From the NCBI GenBank assembly GCA_963691875.1, contig OY829846.1, positions 1,952,001 through 2,016,000 of the forward strand: 64,000 nucleotides of DNA. Direction: 5' to 3'. The position numbers and the translations under genes were made by a program. Positions 45,195 through 55,395 of the stretch are shown one piece after another. The notes below the pieces were generated by a model, which was given only the letters and a program-made list of their open reading frames with translations, ran no database searches and was not told where the DNA came from. Source of the stretch: Aureliella sp. (GTDB taxonomy: Bacteria; Planctomycetota; Planctomycetia; Pirellulales; Pirellulaceae). Within the stretch, counting starts at the first letter, position 1. The number at the start of each line of letters is the position of its first letter.

Positions 45195-46613
45195 ATGCTT
45201 ATTTTTCGATCTGGCAATAGATTTACAAATTGCACTGGAATCGAGCGCAGAAGTTTTCTTTACGCTGGCTCGCTCGGACTAGCTGGTCTGAGTCTCCCTG
45301 ATGTGCTGGCCGCCGAAGACTCTGTAGCTGGCTCACCGAAAGCAGCCTCAAAGAAGTCCGTCATCATTTTACACCTGGATGGTGGACCACCTCAGATGGA
45401 TCTGATTGATCCCAAGCCACAGGCTCCTGTCGAATTGCGGAGTCCCTTTCGCCCGATCTCAACAAATGTTCCCGGTGTGCAATTGACGGAGCTGATGCCC
45501 AAGTGCGCGCGGATAACTGATCGCATTGCCTTGCTCCGGTCGTTGGTTGGGTCCGATGGCAAACATCATGCCTTTCAATGTCAGTCGGGCTATCACGAAA
45601 AAGTTCTTCGAGCTGCCGGCGGCCGCCCTGCACTTGGCTGTGTGGTTAACCATTTGTTCAATTCTCCTGTTGACCAAGTTCCCAACTTTGTGGATCTGAT
45701 GCAAGGACGGCCCCTGGTGCGCAACAGTGCTCGACCGGGTTTTCTCGGGCCCAGCGCCAAGGCCTTTCGGCCGGATATCTCGGATCGCTGGCATCGAGAA
45801 CTTGAGGAAGGCATGAAAGGTGAGCTTGCTCGACTGGGCAAGAATCACAAGACATCGCTGCGTATGATCGATGAGATTTCTGTTTCGCGGCTCGACAACC
45901 GCCTCGAATTGCTAGGCGGGCTAGATCGCTTCAAGAAGCAACTGGATAGCAGTGGGGCGATGGAAGCGATGGATGAATTTCATCGACAGGCTTATCGCGT
46001 CCTGACAAGTGGCACTTTTGCGGACGCGATGAATTTAGATGCTGAGTCACCAGAAATGGTCGCGCACTACACGCCAAAGACAAAGTGGGGAGGAAAGCAA
46101 ACGTACACCACCGAAGGACCGGATGCGATCCAAAAGTTCTTGCTCGCTCGGCGCCTTATCGAAGCCGGTGTACGAGTGGTGAGTCTATCGCTAAGCGATT
46201 TCGACACGCACGCGGACAACAACGTTCGAATGCAACACCTCGGGCCACTGTTTGATTTTGGCTTTCACGCATTGATCACAGATCTTGAACAACGCGGGAT
46301 GCTGGAAGACGTGCTCGTCCTGGCTTGGGGAGAATTTGGGCGGACGCCAAAGTACAACGAAAAAGGAGGACGCGATCACTGGCCAAAGCTTTCCATGGGC
46401 ATGATGGCTGGAGGCAAGATCTCCGGCAGTGCAGTGCTTGGCGCGAGCGATAAGGTGGCGGCGGAGCCAACAGAGCGTCCAATTTCTTTCGCTGATGTGA
46501 TTGCGACAATCTACCAACATCTCGGCATATCTCCTCAGCGAATCGTTTACGATTCAAGCCGTCGCCCGCATGTATTGATGGATGAAGGCGAAGTCCTCGA
46601 AGAGCTCACCTGA
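45195..46613 (+). CDS. DUF1501 domain-containing protein
   Basis: RRSFL Tat-like motif, LDGGPPQMDLIDPKP, LLARRLIEAGVR and GEFGRTPK.N..GGRDHWP. Confidence 0.93.
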   Translation: MLIFRSGNRFTNCTGIERRSFLYAGSLGLAGLSLPDVLAAEDSVAGSPKAASKKSVIILHLDGGPPQMDLIDPKPQAPVELRSPFRPISTNVPGVQLTELMPKCARITDRIALLRSLVGSDGKHHAFQCQSGYHEKVLRAAGGRPALGCVVNHLFNSPVDQVPNFVDLMQGRPLVRNSARPGFLGPSAKAFRPDISDRWHRELEEGMKGELARLGKNHKTSLRMIDEISVSRLDNRLELLGGLDRFKKQLDSSGAMEAMDEFHRQAYRVLTSGTFADAMNLDAESPEMVAHYTPKTKWGGKQTYTTEGPDAIQKFLLARRLIEAGVRVVSLSLSDFDTHADNNVRMQHLGPLFDFGFHALITDLEQRGMLEDVLVLAWGEFGRTPKYNEKGGRDHWPKLSMGMMAGGKISGSAVLGASDKVAAEPTERPISFADVIATIYQHLGISPQRIVYDSSRRPHVLMDEGEVLEELT

Positions 46614-46714
46614 GCATTTCTCTTCGCTCAAACCTGATACGAACCGAAATCGTTTTCGCTGCGACAAGCTTCTTGGCGTCACTTCTGGCACAGCAGCCCA
46701 CGTTCGCGAGCAAT

Positions 46715-46974
46715 ATGTCGAGCGAACCTCCTGAAACGACCTCTCCCGACCATCCTGACGTAGAAACGCTCCAGGCGTGAGTGGTCGGGATCGGTGCTTC
46801 CGCAGGCGGTCTGAAGAGTATCGAAACGTTCTTCGAGCAAGTAGACGAGATACGGTCTGTGCTTTCATCGTCGTCCAGCATCTGCCGCCAGACAGTTCTA
46901 GCATGATGCCAGAGATCCTTGCGAGGCGTACGAGACTACCTGATTCAGCGGCGGAACAAGGCAACAAAGTCTGA
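46715..46974 (+). pseudogene. Remnant of a CheB methylesterase domain (CheB/CheR-type N-terminus)
   Basis: ATG 46715, TGA 46778-46780, then VVGIGASAGGLKSIETFF; after a frameshift near 46850, AFIVVQHLPPDSSSMMPEILARRTRLP...AEQGNKV*. Confidence 0.8.
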
Positions 46975-47060
46975 AGCACAGTAGAGCGATTAGGCCGCCA
47001 GTCCTCCGTCAGCGGCTCCGGCGTTAGCCGCTCACTCGCTATCCATTTGTTCACCAAACT

Positions 47061-49988
47061 CTAGTGAAGAACCGGGTGCTTGCGATACAGGTCTCGCAAG
47101 CCTTGCTCCGAAAATCCGCAGAAAAGGAAGTTCGTCCGTCGCAGGTGTTTGATGCTAAGCAGTGTTTCTAGCGATTGATCAGAAATCGCGGAAGAAGCGG
47201 CAGACAAGATGGAAAGCGTCGTGTGATGCTGAAAGGCACTTAGCCCGACATCAGTGATCAAAGTACGATCGAGATTTAAAGACTTCAGGTTGGGCAGTCT
47301 GGCGATCACAGCGATACCGCGATTCCCCACATCTGTGTCGCTCAGGTCCAAATGCTCCAGTCGGGAAAGCTGCCCAATAGATCGCGCGCCGTAATTGCCG
47401 ATGTTCGCCCCGGAAAGACTCAAGGACTTCAGTTTTTGAAGTTCAGCCAAGGCGACAAAGCCGCGCGGGCTGATTCCAAAGCAATTCCGCAACTCCAGCT
47501 CTTCCAGTTCGGGCAACTTGGCTAACACCTTGATGACGTCGTCCGTCAAACGACAGGAATTTAGACGCAAGCTTTTCAGCTTTCTGAGCGTCGCCAGTGA
47601 CATCAATTCACGTTCGTTCAAACGCCCACGATATTTGCCGGCAGAACCTGCCTCCTCAACCAACAAATGGGTGATTGCACCGCGTTCATTACGGTGCACG
47701 GTCGCAAGAGATCGCCATGCTTGCTGAAGATCCTGTTCGTTGTCCTGGAAGGCGACTTCGAGCGGTCCTTGATCCGGAAAGTGATCTTGTTTGACGAGAG
47801 AAACCGCTTGGCGCACTCTCGCATCGGAATCACTCGCCAACACCTCGAGCAAATAACGATGTTCTTCACGCCCAAACCAAGCAATCAAAGCTCCAACACT
47901 TCGACGCACCTTGGAAGAAGGGTGATACGCGAGCGACTTGACGGAATCAGCCATCTTCAAGCTTAGGTGACGGAGACCAGCTCGCCGCTTGAGCGCGAAT
48001 TTCGTCCATTCTTGGAAGTATTCTGGTACCGTCGCGAGCGTTTTCATCACTTCTTTGTCTGCACATTCGAGCAACAAATGCATTGCGAGCCAGCGATTGG
48101 CTTCGTAGGGATCGAGTGCACATAGTGCCAGCTCCTGACGTGGAATCGCGGCCCCGCGTTTCCAACGATCCACCCCCAAAAGAGCCAAACGGCGGGTCCA
48201 AGCACTCTTGGATCTGAGACGCGTGCGCAACAATGCAATCACTTCATCTGTGGATGACTGCGTGAACTCTTCACCAGCACTAACCAACTGAGAAAGTGAA
48301 TGCAATGCACCGACAGTGTCATCCGCTGAAGCCGCAAGCAACTTCTGTAACTCCTCAGAAGTCGGTTTTTGTTGTAGAGAGTCTTCGGCTTCAACAGGGG
48401 ACGCATTTCCCCGCAACACCAACTTAACGAACTCGTCTTGGCTCAGTGAAGGCGCAAGCTTTAGCCGTTTCCCTTGGTGGCTCACAGCCAAGCGGCTTTC
48501 CTGTTCAACGTTACTCCACTGTTCGCACTTAAAGTCCGCTGGACGACTCCATGGAACAGATCGGGGAGAATCCAATAACTGAATCCCCTCCTCTTTAACG
48601 CTCTTCATCGCATTGGCATTCGGCAGAATCGGACGCTGAAAGCTCGTATGGAAACTGAATCTATTGGCATGATCTGAGCGGAACGCCTCGGGCATCTGCG
48701 ATTGCAGCAACCGGTTATGCACACTGCTCCACGGCTCGTTTAGGCGAAACTGCGAATAGAGATCCTGGTGCCCTAGAAAGGGCAAGAGTTCCACTCGCCA
48801 GCTGAGCAGAGCTTTGCCCTGCGAATTCCGAATGTCTTGCGGTGCCTTTCCGTTCACGATCTTGTATCGACGAATCGCGATACTGATCTGAGAAAGCGAC
48901 TTCTCTGTTAGCTCGTTCTGTCGCTTTCGAGCCTGGCCTTGCTGATACAACTTCACCACGCGATCAGCAAAACCTAATACTCGATCTACAACACCAGAAT
49001 CCGTGCTGGCGAACACTAACTCACCTGCTGCTTCTCGATGCTGCATACTGCTAGTTGCATCTAGGAAATTTTTTTCGAGCCCTATCGAGTCGTATGCCGC
49101 AAATCCAAGATCCGTGTGCAATTCATGAATGAGAGGAGAAATCCAGGCTCGCCAACCATCCAACCTAGCATCGGCGATAATGCTCTCAGATTGAAAACTA
49201 ACTGCAAGCCCTTCGGCGTCGGAGGCATTCAGTGTTCCGCAAATCCAGTCGAACCCTGGTCTTGAACCCGATTGCCGTGACTGAATCAACCTGCTCAGAT
49301 GCGACGCATCGTATTCGCCGTGTGTACCTAGGATATGTCGCAAACGTTCGTCCGCGATGGCAAAAGCAAGCTGTGCGTCGGGCTGCAATTCAGCGAACTG
49401 CTCGTAGATGTCAGGAAGTTGCGGAGCCGGCCATGCTGCCAATGACCGTACCTCCTCTTGCTGATCGCGACCTGCCGCGAGTAGACGCGCTGGTGATGAA
49501 GGAAAGGGCGAGAGGATTGCCGTTCTACTGTTGGGAATCAGCACCTGCATCCCGCCTTCTGGGCGGACAGGAAAGTAAAACTTATATTCCGCGTCATGAT
49601 GCTCGCTTGCCCCTGGGGAAATCCATTGCACCAACGCTTTGGCATCAAAGGGTAGTCGGAATCGCAGGATTATACCGTAGCCGACTGGCCCCTCTTCAAT
49701 CTGAGGTACGACGACAGCTGTGACACTTTTGAGCTCGTTCAACTCGAATGGAAGTTTGCCCAACATCGCGAGACCTGGTAGCTCGGCGCGTTGAGTGGCG
49801 GCACACAGCGTGTTTGGGCGTAGCACAACTGCTGCCAGTGCATCCCGAGGAACGTACTGAAGCTCGGAAGCAAAGGCTTGCGTTGCCCCTGCCCGCTCAG
49901 CAATCGGCTCCTCAGCTTGGCACAGAAAGTTGAGATTAAATAACGAAGTTGCAGTGAGCAGTAGCAAGATCGTCTGCGCGGAGCGCAT
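47061..49988 (-). CDS. Secreted multidomain protein: DUF1559-like segment, HEAT repeats and leucine-rich repeats
   Basis: Signal peptide; LSQISIAI..Y...LLSWRVELLPFL...LY..F.LNEPW.S.HN; DSDARVRQA; repeated L..L.L...I.D.G. Confidence 0.8.
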   Translation of the reverse strand: MRSAQTILLLLTATSLFNLNFLCQAEEPIAERAGATQAFASELQYVPRDALAAVVLRPNTLCAATQRAELPGLAMLGKLPFELNELKSVTAVVVPQIEEGPVGYGIILRFRLPFDAKALVQWISPGASEHHDAEYKFYFPVRPEGGMQVLIPNSRTAILSPFPSSPARLLAAGRDQQEEVRSLAAWPAPQLPDIYEQFAELQPDAQLAFAIADERLRHILGTHGEYDASHLSRLIQSRQSGSRPGFDWICGTLNASDAEGLAVSFQSESIIADARLDGWRAWISPLIHELHTDLGFAAYDSIGLEKNFLDATSSMQHREAAGELVFASTDSGVVDRVLGFADRVVKLYQQGQARKRQNELTEKSLSQISIAIRRYKIVNGKAPQDIRNSQGKALLSWRVELLPFLGHQDLYSQFRLNEPWSSVHNRLLQSQMPEAFRSDHANRFSFHTSFQRPILPNANAMKSVKEEGIQLLDSPRSVPWSRPADFKCEQWSNVEQESRLAVSHQGKRLKLAPSLSQDEFVKLVLRGNASPVEAEDSLQQKPTSEELQKLLAASADDTVGALHSLSQLVSAGEEFTQSSTDEVIALLRTRLRSKSAWTRRLALLGVDRWKRGAAIPRQELALCALDPYEANRWLAMHLLLECADKEVMKTLATVPEYFQEWTKFALKRRAGLRHLSLKMADSVKSLAYHPSSKVRRSVGALIAWFGREEHRYLLEVLASDSDARVRQAVSLVKQDHFPDQGPLEVAFQDNEQDLQQAWRSLATVHRNERGAITHLLVEEAGSAGKYRGRLNERELMSLATLRKLKSLRLNSCRLTDDVIKVLAKLPELEELELRNCFGISPRGFVALAELQKLKSLSLSGANIGNYGARSIGQLSRLEHLDLSDTDVGNRGIAVIARLPNLKSLNLDRTLITDVGLSAFQHHTTLSILSAASSAISDQSLETLLSIKHLRRTNFLFCGFSEQGLRDLYRKHPVLH

Positions 49989-50395
49989 CTTATCCCTCTC
50001 CCTAGTTATCCCAATTGGTGAATACAAGAACCAGTCCCTGGCGCTTCGGGGATGATAAGGCCATTAAGGTAGCATGTGCACGTGGAGATTGCTATGAAAC
50101 CGGTCGCAAATTAGTTTATCGCGAATCCCATTCCTCCGTCGCGCGCAGGTTGGATTGGCTTGTCTGCTCGATCCAGGCACATTCACTGCTTGAACGTGTT
50201 CTAATACCCAACGCGATAACACTGGACGCCCCTCGCAGAGGTATAAAGTCAGCTGGAGTTTGGCCCGATGTTTCTGGCAACCAACTAATGCTTGCTAGCA
50301 TCGACTAATCGCGATCATGAGCCGTCCGGACTCTCTTCGGTTCCCGCCCCCCTAAAGTCTTCCTAACTAATACATCTTCGCTTGGAGAGTATCGG

Positions 50396-51700
50396 ATGCG
50401 ATTCACCATCATGGCTTCCTTCATCTTTTTTTCATTCTGTCTCGAACACTCTAATGCTGAAGACAAAGCACTCCGGAAGCGTCTTGAGGACTTGAACGCA
50501 GAGAAAGCCGACCATTGGATCTACAATGACATCGAGGCTGGATTCGCCGAAGCAAAGAAAACCGGTAAGCCGTTGTTCATCACTTTCCGGTGTGTACCTT
50601 GCATCGATTGCTTGGGCTTCGATGGCGAAGTGGCAGATGGGAACGAAGCAATCAAGCAGCTTGCTCGTGAGAAATTCGTGAGCGTTCGGCAAGTCGAAAT
50701 GAAGGGTGTCGATCTGACTCGATTTCAATTCGATCACGATTTGAATTGGGCAGGCATGTTTCTCAACGCAGATGGGACAGTCTACGCTCGTTATGGAACT
50801 CAGAGCGCAGCCGGTGCGGACGCGTTCAATTCGGTCAAGGGTTTAGTCAGTACGATGAACCAAGTTCTCGAGTTGCACGCAGACTACCCCAACAACAAAG
50901 CTCTTTTTACGGACAAGATTCCACCACAGAAGGAGTGGAAAACGCCTCGCGATCTCCCGATGCTTGACCCCAAGCTGATGAAAGAAGCTCAGACGACCCG
51001 CTCACATTGCATTCACTGCCACAATATCCACGATGCAGAGAACGAATTGTGGGAGCATACTGATTCATTGTCGAACGAGAGGCTATGGCGATACCCTTAC
51101 CCATCCAATCTCGGCGTAAAAATAAGTGTTCGTGATGGACGGACGATTACTGAAATCATGCCAAATTCATCAGCGGAGAAAGCAGGTCTTCGAGCCGGGC
51201 AAGAAATTGATCAGGTCAACGGGCAAGTGATAACGTCGGTCGCAGACTTTCAATGGTTCTTACATCACTTGAAACCTAGTGCTGGTCAGCGCGTCGATGT
51301 CCGTTTAGCTGACGGCTCGACGGCTTCAATGACAACCAGCAAAGATTGGAAAGAGACAGACATCAGTTGGCGAGCCAGCATTTTCTCCCTCAGTCCGAAG
51401 CTACGCATTTGGATGCCTCAGCTCAAAGAAAACGAGCGCAAAAAGTATTCCTTAGAGGTAGACCCAAACGGCCTACTCGTGAAGTGGATCAATCGTGGAA
51501 CGACAGCGGGCAAGGCTGCGGTAAAAGCCGGGCTACGAAATGGCGACGTGGTCATCGCAGCCAATGGGGTCGCCGTTCCAGAAAACAATGCCGCTTTCAA
51601 TACTTGGGTAAAACTCAATCATGAAGTCGGCGAGACGTTGGAACTGTCCATTCTGCGTGGTGGAAAAAAGATTGTGATTGAGTTACCGTTGGTGGAGTAG
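50396..51700 (+). CDS. Trx7/PDZ-domain protein (thioredoxin-like domain, CxxCH, two PDZ)
   Basis: Signal peptide; WIYND...KPLFITFRCVPCIDC; YARYG; HCIHCH; two AxKAGLRxG PDZ motifs. Confidence 0.85.
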   Translation: MRFTIMASFIFFSFCLEHSNAEDKALRKRLEDLNAEKADHWIYNDIEAGFAEAKKTGKPLFITFRCVPCIDCLGFDGEVADGNEAIKQLAREKFVSVRQVEMKGVDLTRFQFDHDLNWAGMFLNADGTVYARYGTQSAAGADAFNSVKGLVSTMNQVLELHADYPNNKALFTDKIPPQKEWKTPRDLPMLDPKLMKEAQTTRSHCIHCHNIHDAENELWEHTDSLSNERLWRYPYPSNLGVKISVRDGRTITEIMPNSSAEKAGLRAGQEIDQVNGQVITSVADFQWFLHHLKPSAGQRVDVRLADGSTASMTTSKDWKETDISWRASIFSLSPKLRIWMPQLKENERKKYSLEVDPNGLLVKWINRGTTAGKAAVKAGLRNGDVVIAANGVAVPENNAAFNTWVKLNHEVGETLELSILRGGKKIVIELPLVE

Positions 51701-51780
51701 CGTACCAATTGGGTGATAGTGCTCCTTGGTTACCATGCTTGTTACTCTCAATTTTTGCTCCGTTCTGAAAAGTAGATTGC

Positions 51781-53166
51781 ATGGATCCGCGCATTCGATT
51801 CTCCCTCATTGCCTTCGTTCTGTTCGTTGCGTTCGGCGCATCCAATTTGCGTGCCGAAAATATGGCGAAAGCTAAAGCCTCATCACCGAACATCGTACTC
51901 ATCTTGTCAGATGATCAGGCTTGGACAGACTACGGATTCATGGGACACCCCACGATCCAAACACCGCATCTGGATAGGCTGGCCGCCGAAAGCGTCTTGT
52001 TTCGTCGTGGCTATGTACCAACCGCTCTTTGTAGGCCGAGCTTGATGACGCTGGTAACTGGGCAGTACGCCCATCGCCATCTGGTGACCGGCAACGACCC
52101 CTCTCCAAAGTACGCAGCGCGGGATTCCGAACTTTACAATCAGAGACGGGCAGACCTGATCGCGAACATCGATCGATTCAGCACGCTGCCCGAGTTGCTT
52201 GGCCAAAAGGGCTACTTGAGCCATCAAAGCGGAAAGTGGTGGGAAGGCAACTTCGCGCGTGGCGGATTTACCGATGGAATGACTCGAGGTTTTCCCAAAC
52301 CGGGTGGCCGTCATGGTGATGACGGTTTGGCGATTGGTCGCAAAGGGCTTGAACCCATTGAGAAGTTCATCGACCACTCCTTGACCGAGGAAAAACCATT
52401 CTTTCTCTGGTACGCTCCCTTTTTGCCCCACACTCCGCATACTCCGCCCGAACGACTCCTGAACAAGTACAAATCGCCAGACCGACCGATCACAGTCGCG
52501 AAGTACTATGCGATGTGCGATTGGTTCGATGAGACTTGCGGAGGGCTACTGAAGATGTTGGATGATCGCAACATCGCAGACAATACACTAGTCGTTTACG
52601 TGACCGACAATGGCTGGATCCAGAATCCCCAAAAAAATGGCTATGCGCCTCGCTCGAAACAGACACCATATGAAGGTGGCGTCCGAACTCCAATCTTCTT
52701 GCGCTGGCCGGAGAAATTTAAGCCAAGCGATCGCCCAGAACTCGTTAGCAGTATCGATCTGGTTCCAACCATGCTGGCTGCCGCTGGGACGAAATCGCCT
52801 GATGCTCTGCCGGGACTGAACCTTCTTCCAAACCTGGAATCGGAGCAACCAATCGAACGCAACCAAGTGTTTGGCGAGGGCTTTGCCCATGACATTGCCG
52901 ATCTGGAGAATCCGGAAGCGACATTACTTTATCGCTGGACGATCAAGGGCCCATGGAAGTTGTTGCTGACCTATGATGGCGAGGTGAATCGATATAAATC
53001 TTCACACCCGCGAACAGAAAAGGGACCACAGCTCTTTCATTTGTTGAATGACCCGAAAGAATCTCAAAACCTCGCGTCCGAAAAACCAGAGATCGTCTCT
53101 CAACTAGCGGCCGATCTCGAAGCTTGGTATCCAATCAAGCAACGGAAGACGATCATCACTCCTTAG
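51781..53166 (+). CDS. Sulfatase family protein
   Basis: PNIVLILSDD, TPHLDRLA, LCRPSL, GKWWEG, LPHTP and TDNG. Confidence 0.9.
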   Translation: MDPRIRFSLIAFVLFVAFGASNLRAENMAKAKASSPNIVLILSDDQAWTDYGFMGHPTIQTPHLDRLAAESVLFRRGYVPTALCRPSLMTLVTGQYAHRHLVTGNDPSPKYAARDSELYNQRRADLIANIDRFSTLPELLGQKGYLSHQSGKWWEGNFARGGFTDGMTRGFPKPGGRHGDDGLAIGRKGLEPIEKFIDHSLTEEKPFFLWYAPFLPHTPHTPPERLLNKYKSPDRPITVAKYYAMCDWFDETCGGLLKMLDDRNIADNTLVVYVTDNGWIQNPQKNGYAPRSKQTPYEGGVRTPIFLRWPEKFKPSDRPELVSSIDLVPTMLAAAGTKSPDALPGLNLLPNLESEQPIERNQVFGEGFAHDIADLENPEATLLYRWTIKGPWKLLLTYDGEVNRYKSSHPRTEKGPQLFHLLNDPKESQNLASEKPEIVSQLAADLEAWYPIKQRKTIITP

Positions 53167-53728
53167 AGATTTTCCGACGATCGGCTCAGATTGGAGCCGA
53201 TCACTTCTCCGATCCTAGCGCACCCTTGGGTCTCTCTGCTGGCTGCGGAGGTGGGGAACCTAGCAAGCTCAGATTGCTGTCCCGTCTGCGACTCGGCGGC
53301 AAAGTCGGGCGTGGCCGCCAAGAAGTGAGTTGGATTCTTGAACTAGGTATCAAGCGAATTATCGTTCGTGCGTTTACCAACGATCAAAATGTCAGGATCC
53401 GTTATTGTATCTTCCCCAGAGCCTGCACCGCGAAAGGAATTTATGCGTGCCTTGCGCAAATCTAGCGGGATGCATCTTGGCTTGTCTGCGATTGTGCCGA
53501 TGTTGCTTTTCGGAGCAAGATTCATATTGCGTACCGCTCCCGAACTAGCACTTTATGGTGTTACGTTGTGTCGAGGCGATTAAGCGACGAGGGCTTCTTC
53601 GAATTTGTATTCCCGCAGCAGCACGCTGAACTCAACGGCTTACTTCAGAAGAACAGTTGAAGCGGGTAACGCCACTCGATACCTGGGTTCGTCTAACCGC
53701 GTTTATGCGGCTCCCTCGACGCTAACTT

Positions 53729-55252
53729 CTATTTCGATTTACGCAATCGCTGCGGCGTATCAGGCTGCAGATCTACGAGTTTGTTGATCTTGCCTTCTTG
53801 CTTGTGCAATTCGAAGGCGTCGTATATTTCGCCCACGGCCGTTCGGGCTTCAAAGCTCAGTTTGTCGCCGTTGATGTGAATGATCTGATAAAGCTGCGTG
53901 TCCTCCGCCACTCGCGTCATGAATTCATGCTGCGTGTTGTTGTACATTTTGGGGCCGCTTACAGAGACGACATAGACAGTTCCGAAGGTAGGTTCCACCT
54001 TCTGAACACCTATCGGAACGTTAGACTCGGTGGGCGCGCACTCGGATCCCGACTCAATATTTGACTTCACTTCTTGCGACGCTTTCCTCGTGGCCTCCAG
54101 CTCCGCCTTTTTCCTCGCCTTTGCTTTCGCTTCGGCTCTCTTGCGTGCTTCTTCTTTCATGCGCTCGTTGAACTCTTGAACGCCCGGTACATCGAGCCCC
54201 GTTCGGCCATAGGTGTGATCGTGGCCTTGGAGAACAAGGTCTACTTGATGCTTGTCAAAAACGGGTTTCCACAGAGTTCGCAGTGTTGCGTTGTCGCGAT
54301 CGTTTCCAGTCGAAAACACGGGATGGTGAAAAGTACAAACAACCCACGGGGCCTCGTTTTCTGCCAACACTCGATCCATCCACTCGGCTTGCTTCTCCAA
54401 CTCCACATTGCTGTTCAGTGCGACAATGCGGAGGTTGTGATACACCAACGTATAGCAAGACTCTTCCAGTCCTTTCGGACCATTCTCTGCGAAAGTAAAT
54501 GTCGGACGCCAGTGGCGTGACAACCTACGGCCAAGCGCGGAACCGGCTTGTTCATGATTACCAGGAATAGCGATGCTTGGAGTTGATCGATTCAACCAAC
54601 CGCCAGCCTCAAACCATTCGCCCCACTCACCATCGGACTCGGCGCGATTGATTAAGTCGCCAGCATGCAGAAAGAAAGCAGCTCGCGGCGCGTCCCGGTA
54701 GGCTTCACGCACCACGCGCGACCACATCGACCGCACACTGTTTTGCGCATCGCCAAAGTAGACAAAAGAAAACTTTTCCTCTGAAGCGACGGCTGTTTTG
54801 AACTGGCACCACTCACTCCAGTTTTTTCCGCCGTCGCCAACGCGATAGGCATAAGTCGTGCCTGGAGAAAGGCTCTCAAATGTAAAGCTGTGATAATGCG
54901 CTTCGGATAGGTCAGACTTTAAAAGCTGGGTCTTGGCTTGATGTTTCTTGGCTTTCTTGGGAAAGCTAGGCCCTGCTTCCGCGATCGCAATCTCAGCAAA
55001 AGCTTCTTTGACTTCAGGCGAGGTTCTCCAGGTGACCGATTGCGTCGTTCTCGGATCACCACTGATCGTCAAAATGACACGATCAGGCATAGCGGTGGGC
55101 CGATACCGCTCTTTGGCCGTTACGGCCGGAGGTGCATGGCTGTGGGCATCTTCATCGTCATGGGCTTCGGCTGTGGGGAACGCCTGAACCAACAGAGATA
55201 GGAGGATAGCGATTCGGCATCGAGTGGGAGCTTTCTTTACGAAAGGCTGCAT
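53729..55252 (-). CDS. Purple-acid-phosphatase-like metallophosphoesterase with an N-terminal FN3-like domain
   Basis: Signal peptide; VTWRT...YAYRVG; FGDAQ, AGDLIN, GNHE, HHP and GHDH. Confidence 0.88.
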   Translation of the reverse strand: MQPFVKKAPTRCRIAILLSLLVQAFPTAEAHDDEDAHSHAPPAVTAKERYRPTAMPDRVILTISGDPRTTQSVTWRTSPEVKEAFAEIAIAEAGPSFPKKAKKHQAKTQLLKSDLSEAHYHSFTFESLSPGTTYAYRVGDGGKNWSEWCQFKTAVASEEKFSFVYFGDAQNSVRSMWSRVVREAYRDAPRAAFFLHAGDLINRAESDGEWGEWFEAGGWLNRSTPSIAIPGNHEQAGSALGRRLSRHWRPTFTFAENGPKGLEESCYTLVYHNLRIVALNSNVELEKQAEWMDRVLAENEAPWVVCTFHHPVFSTGNDRDNATLRTLWKPVFDKHQVDLVLQGHDHTYGRTGLDVPGVQEFNERMKEEARKRAEAKAKARKKAELEATRKASQEVKSNIESGSECAPTESNVPIGVQKVEPTFGTVYVVSVSGPKMYNNTQHEFMTRVAEDTQLYQIIHINGDKLSFEARTAVGEIYDAFELHKQEGKINKLVDLQPDTPQRLRKSK

Positions 55253-55395
55253 GTTTTCTTGCCTTATGGGAGATGTCACGATCAGTATGCGAACCCGCTA
55301 TGATAGTTTGAAAGTTCCCACCGTGTAGCCCAACTCTCCGCCCCGAGACTCGACGAATCCACTCGAGTTGACTTGTTTTCACCTTGAGCCGAAAT

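Noticed and set aside
53167..53728. Short ORFs or ncRNA between the sulfatase and the phosphatase
   Set aside because: No recognisable motif, RBS or convincing RNA structure.
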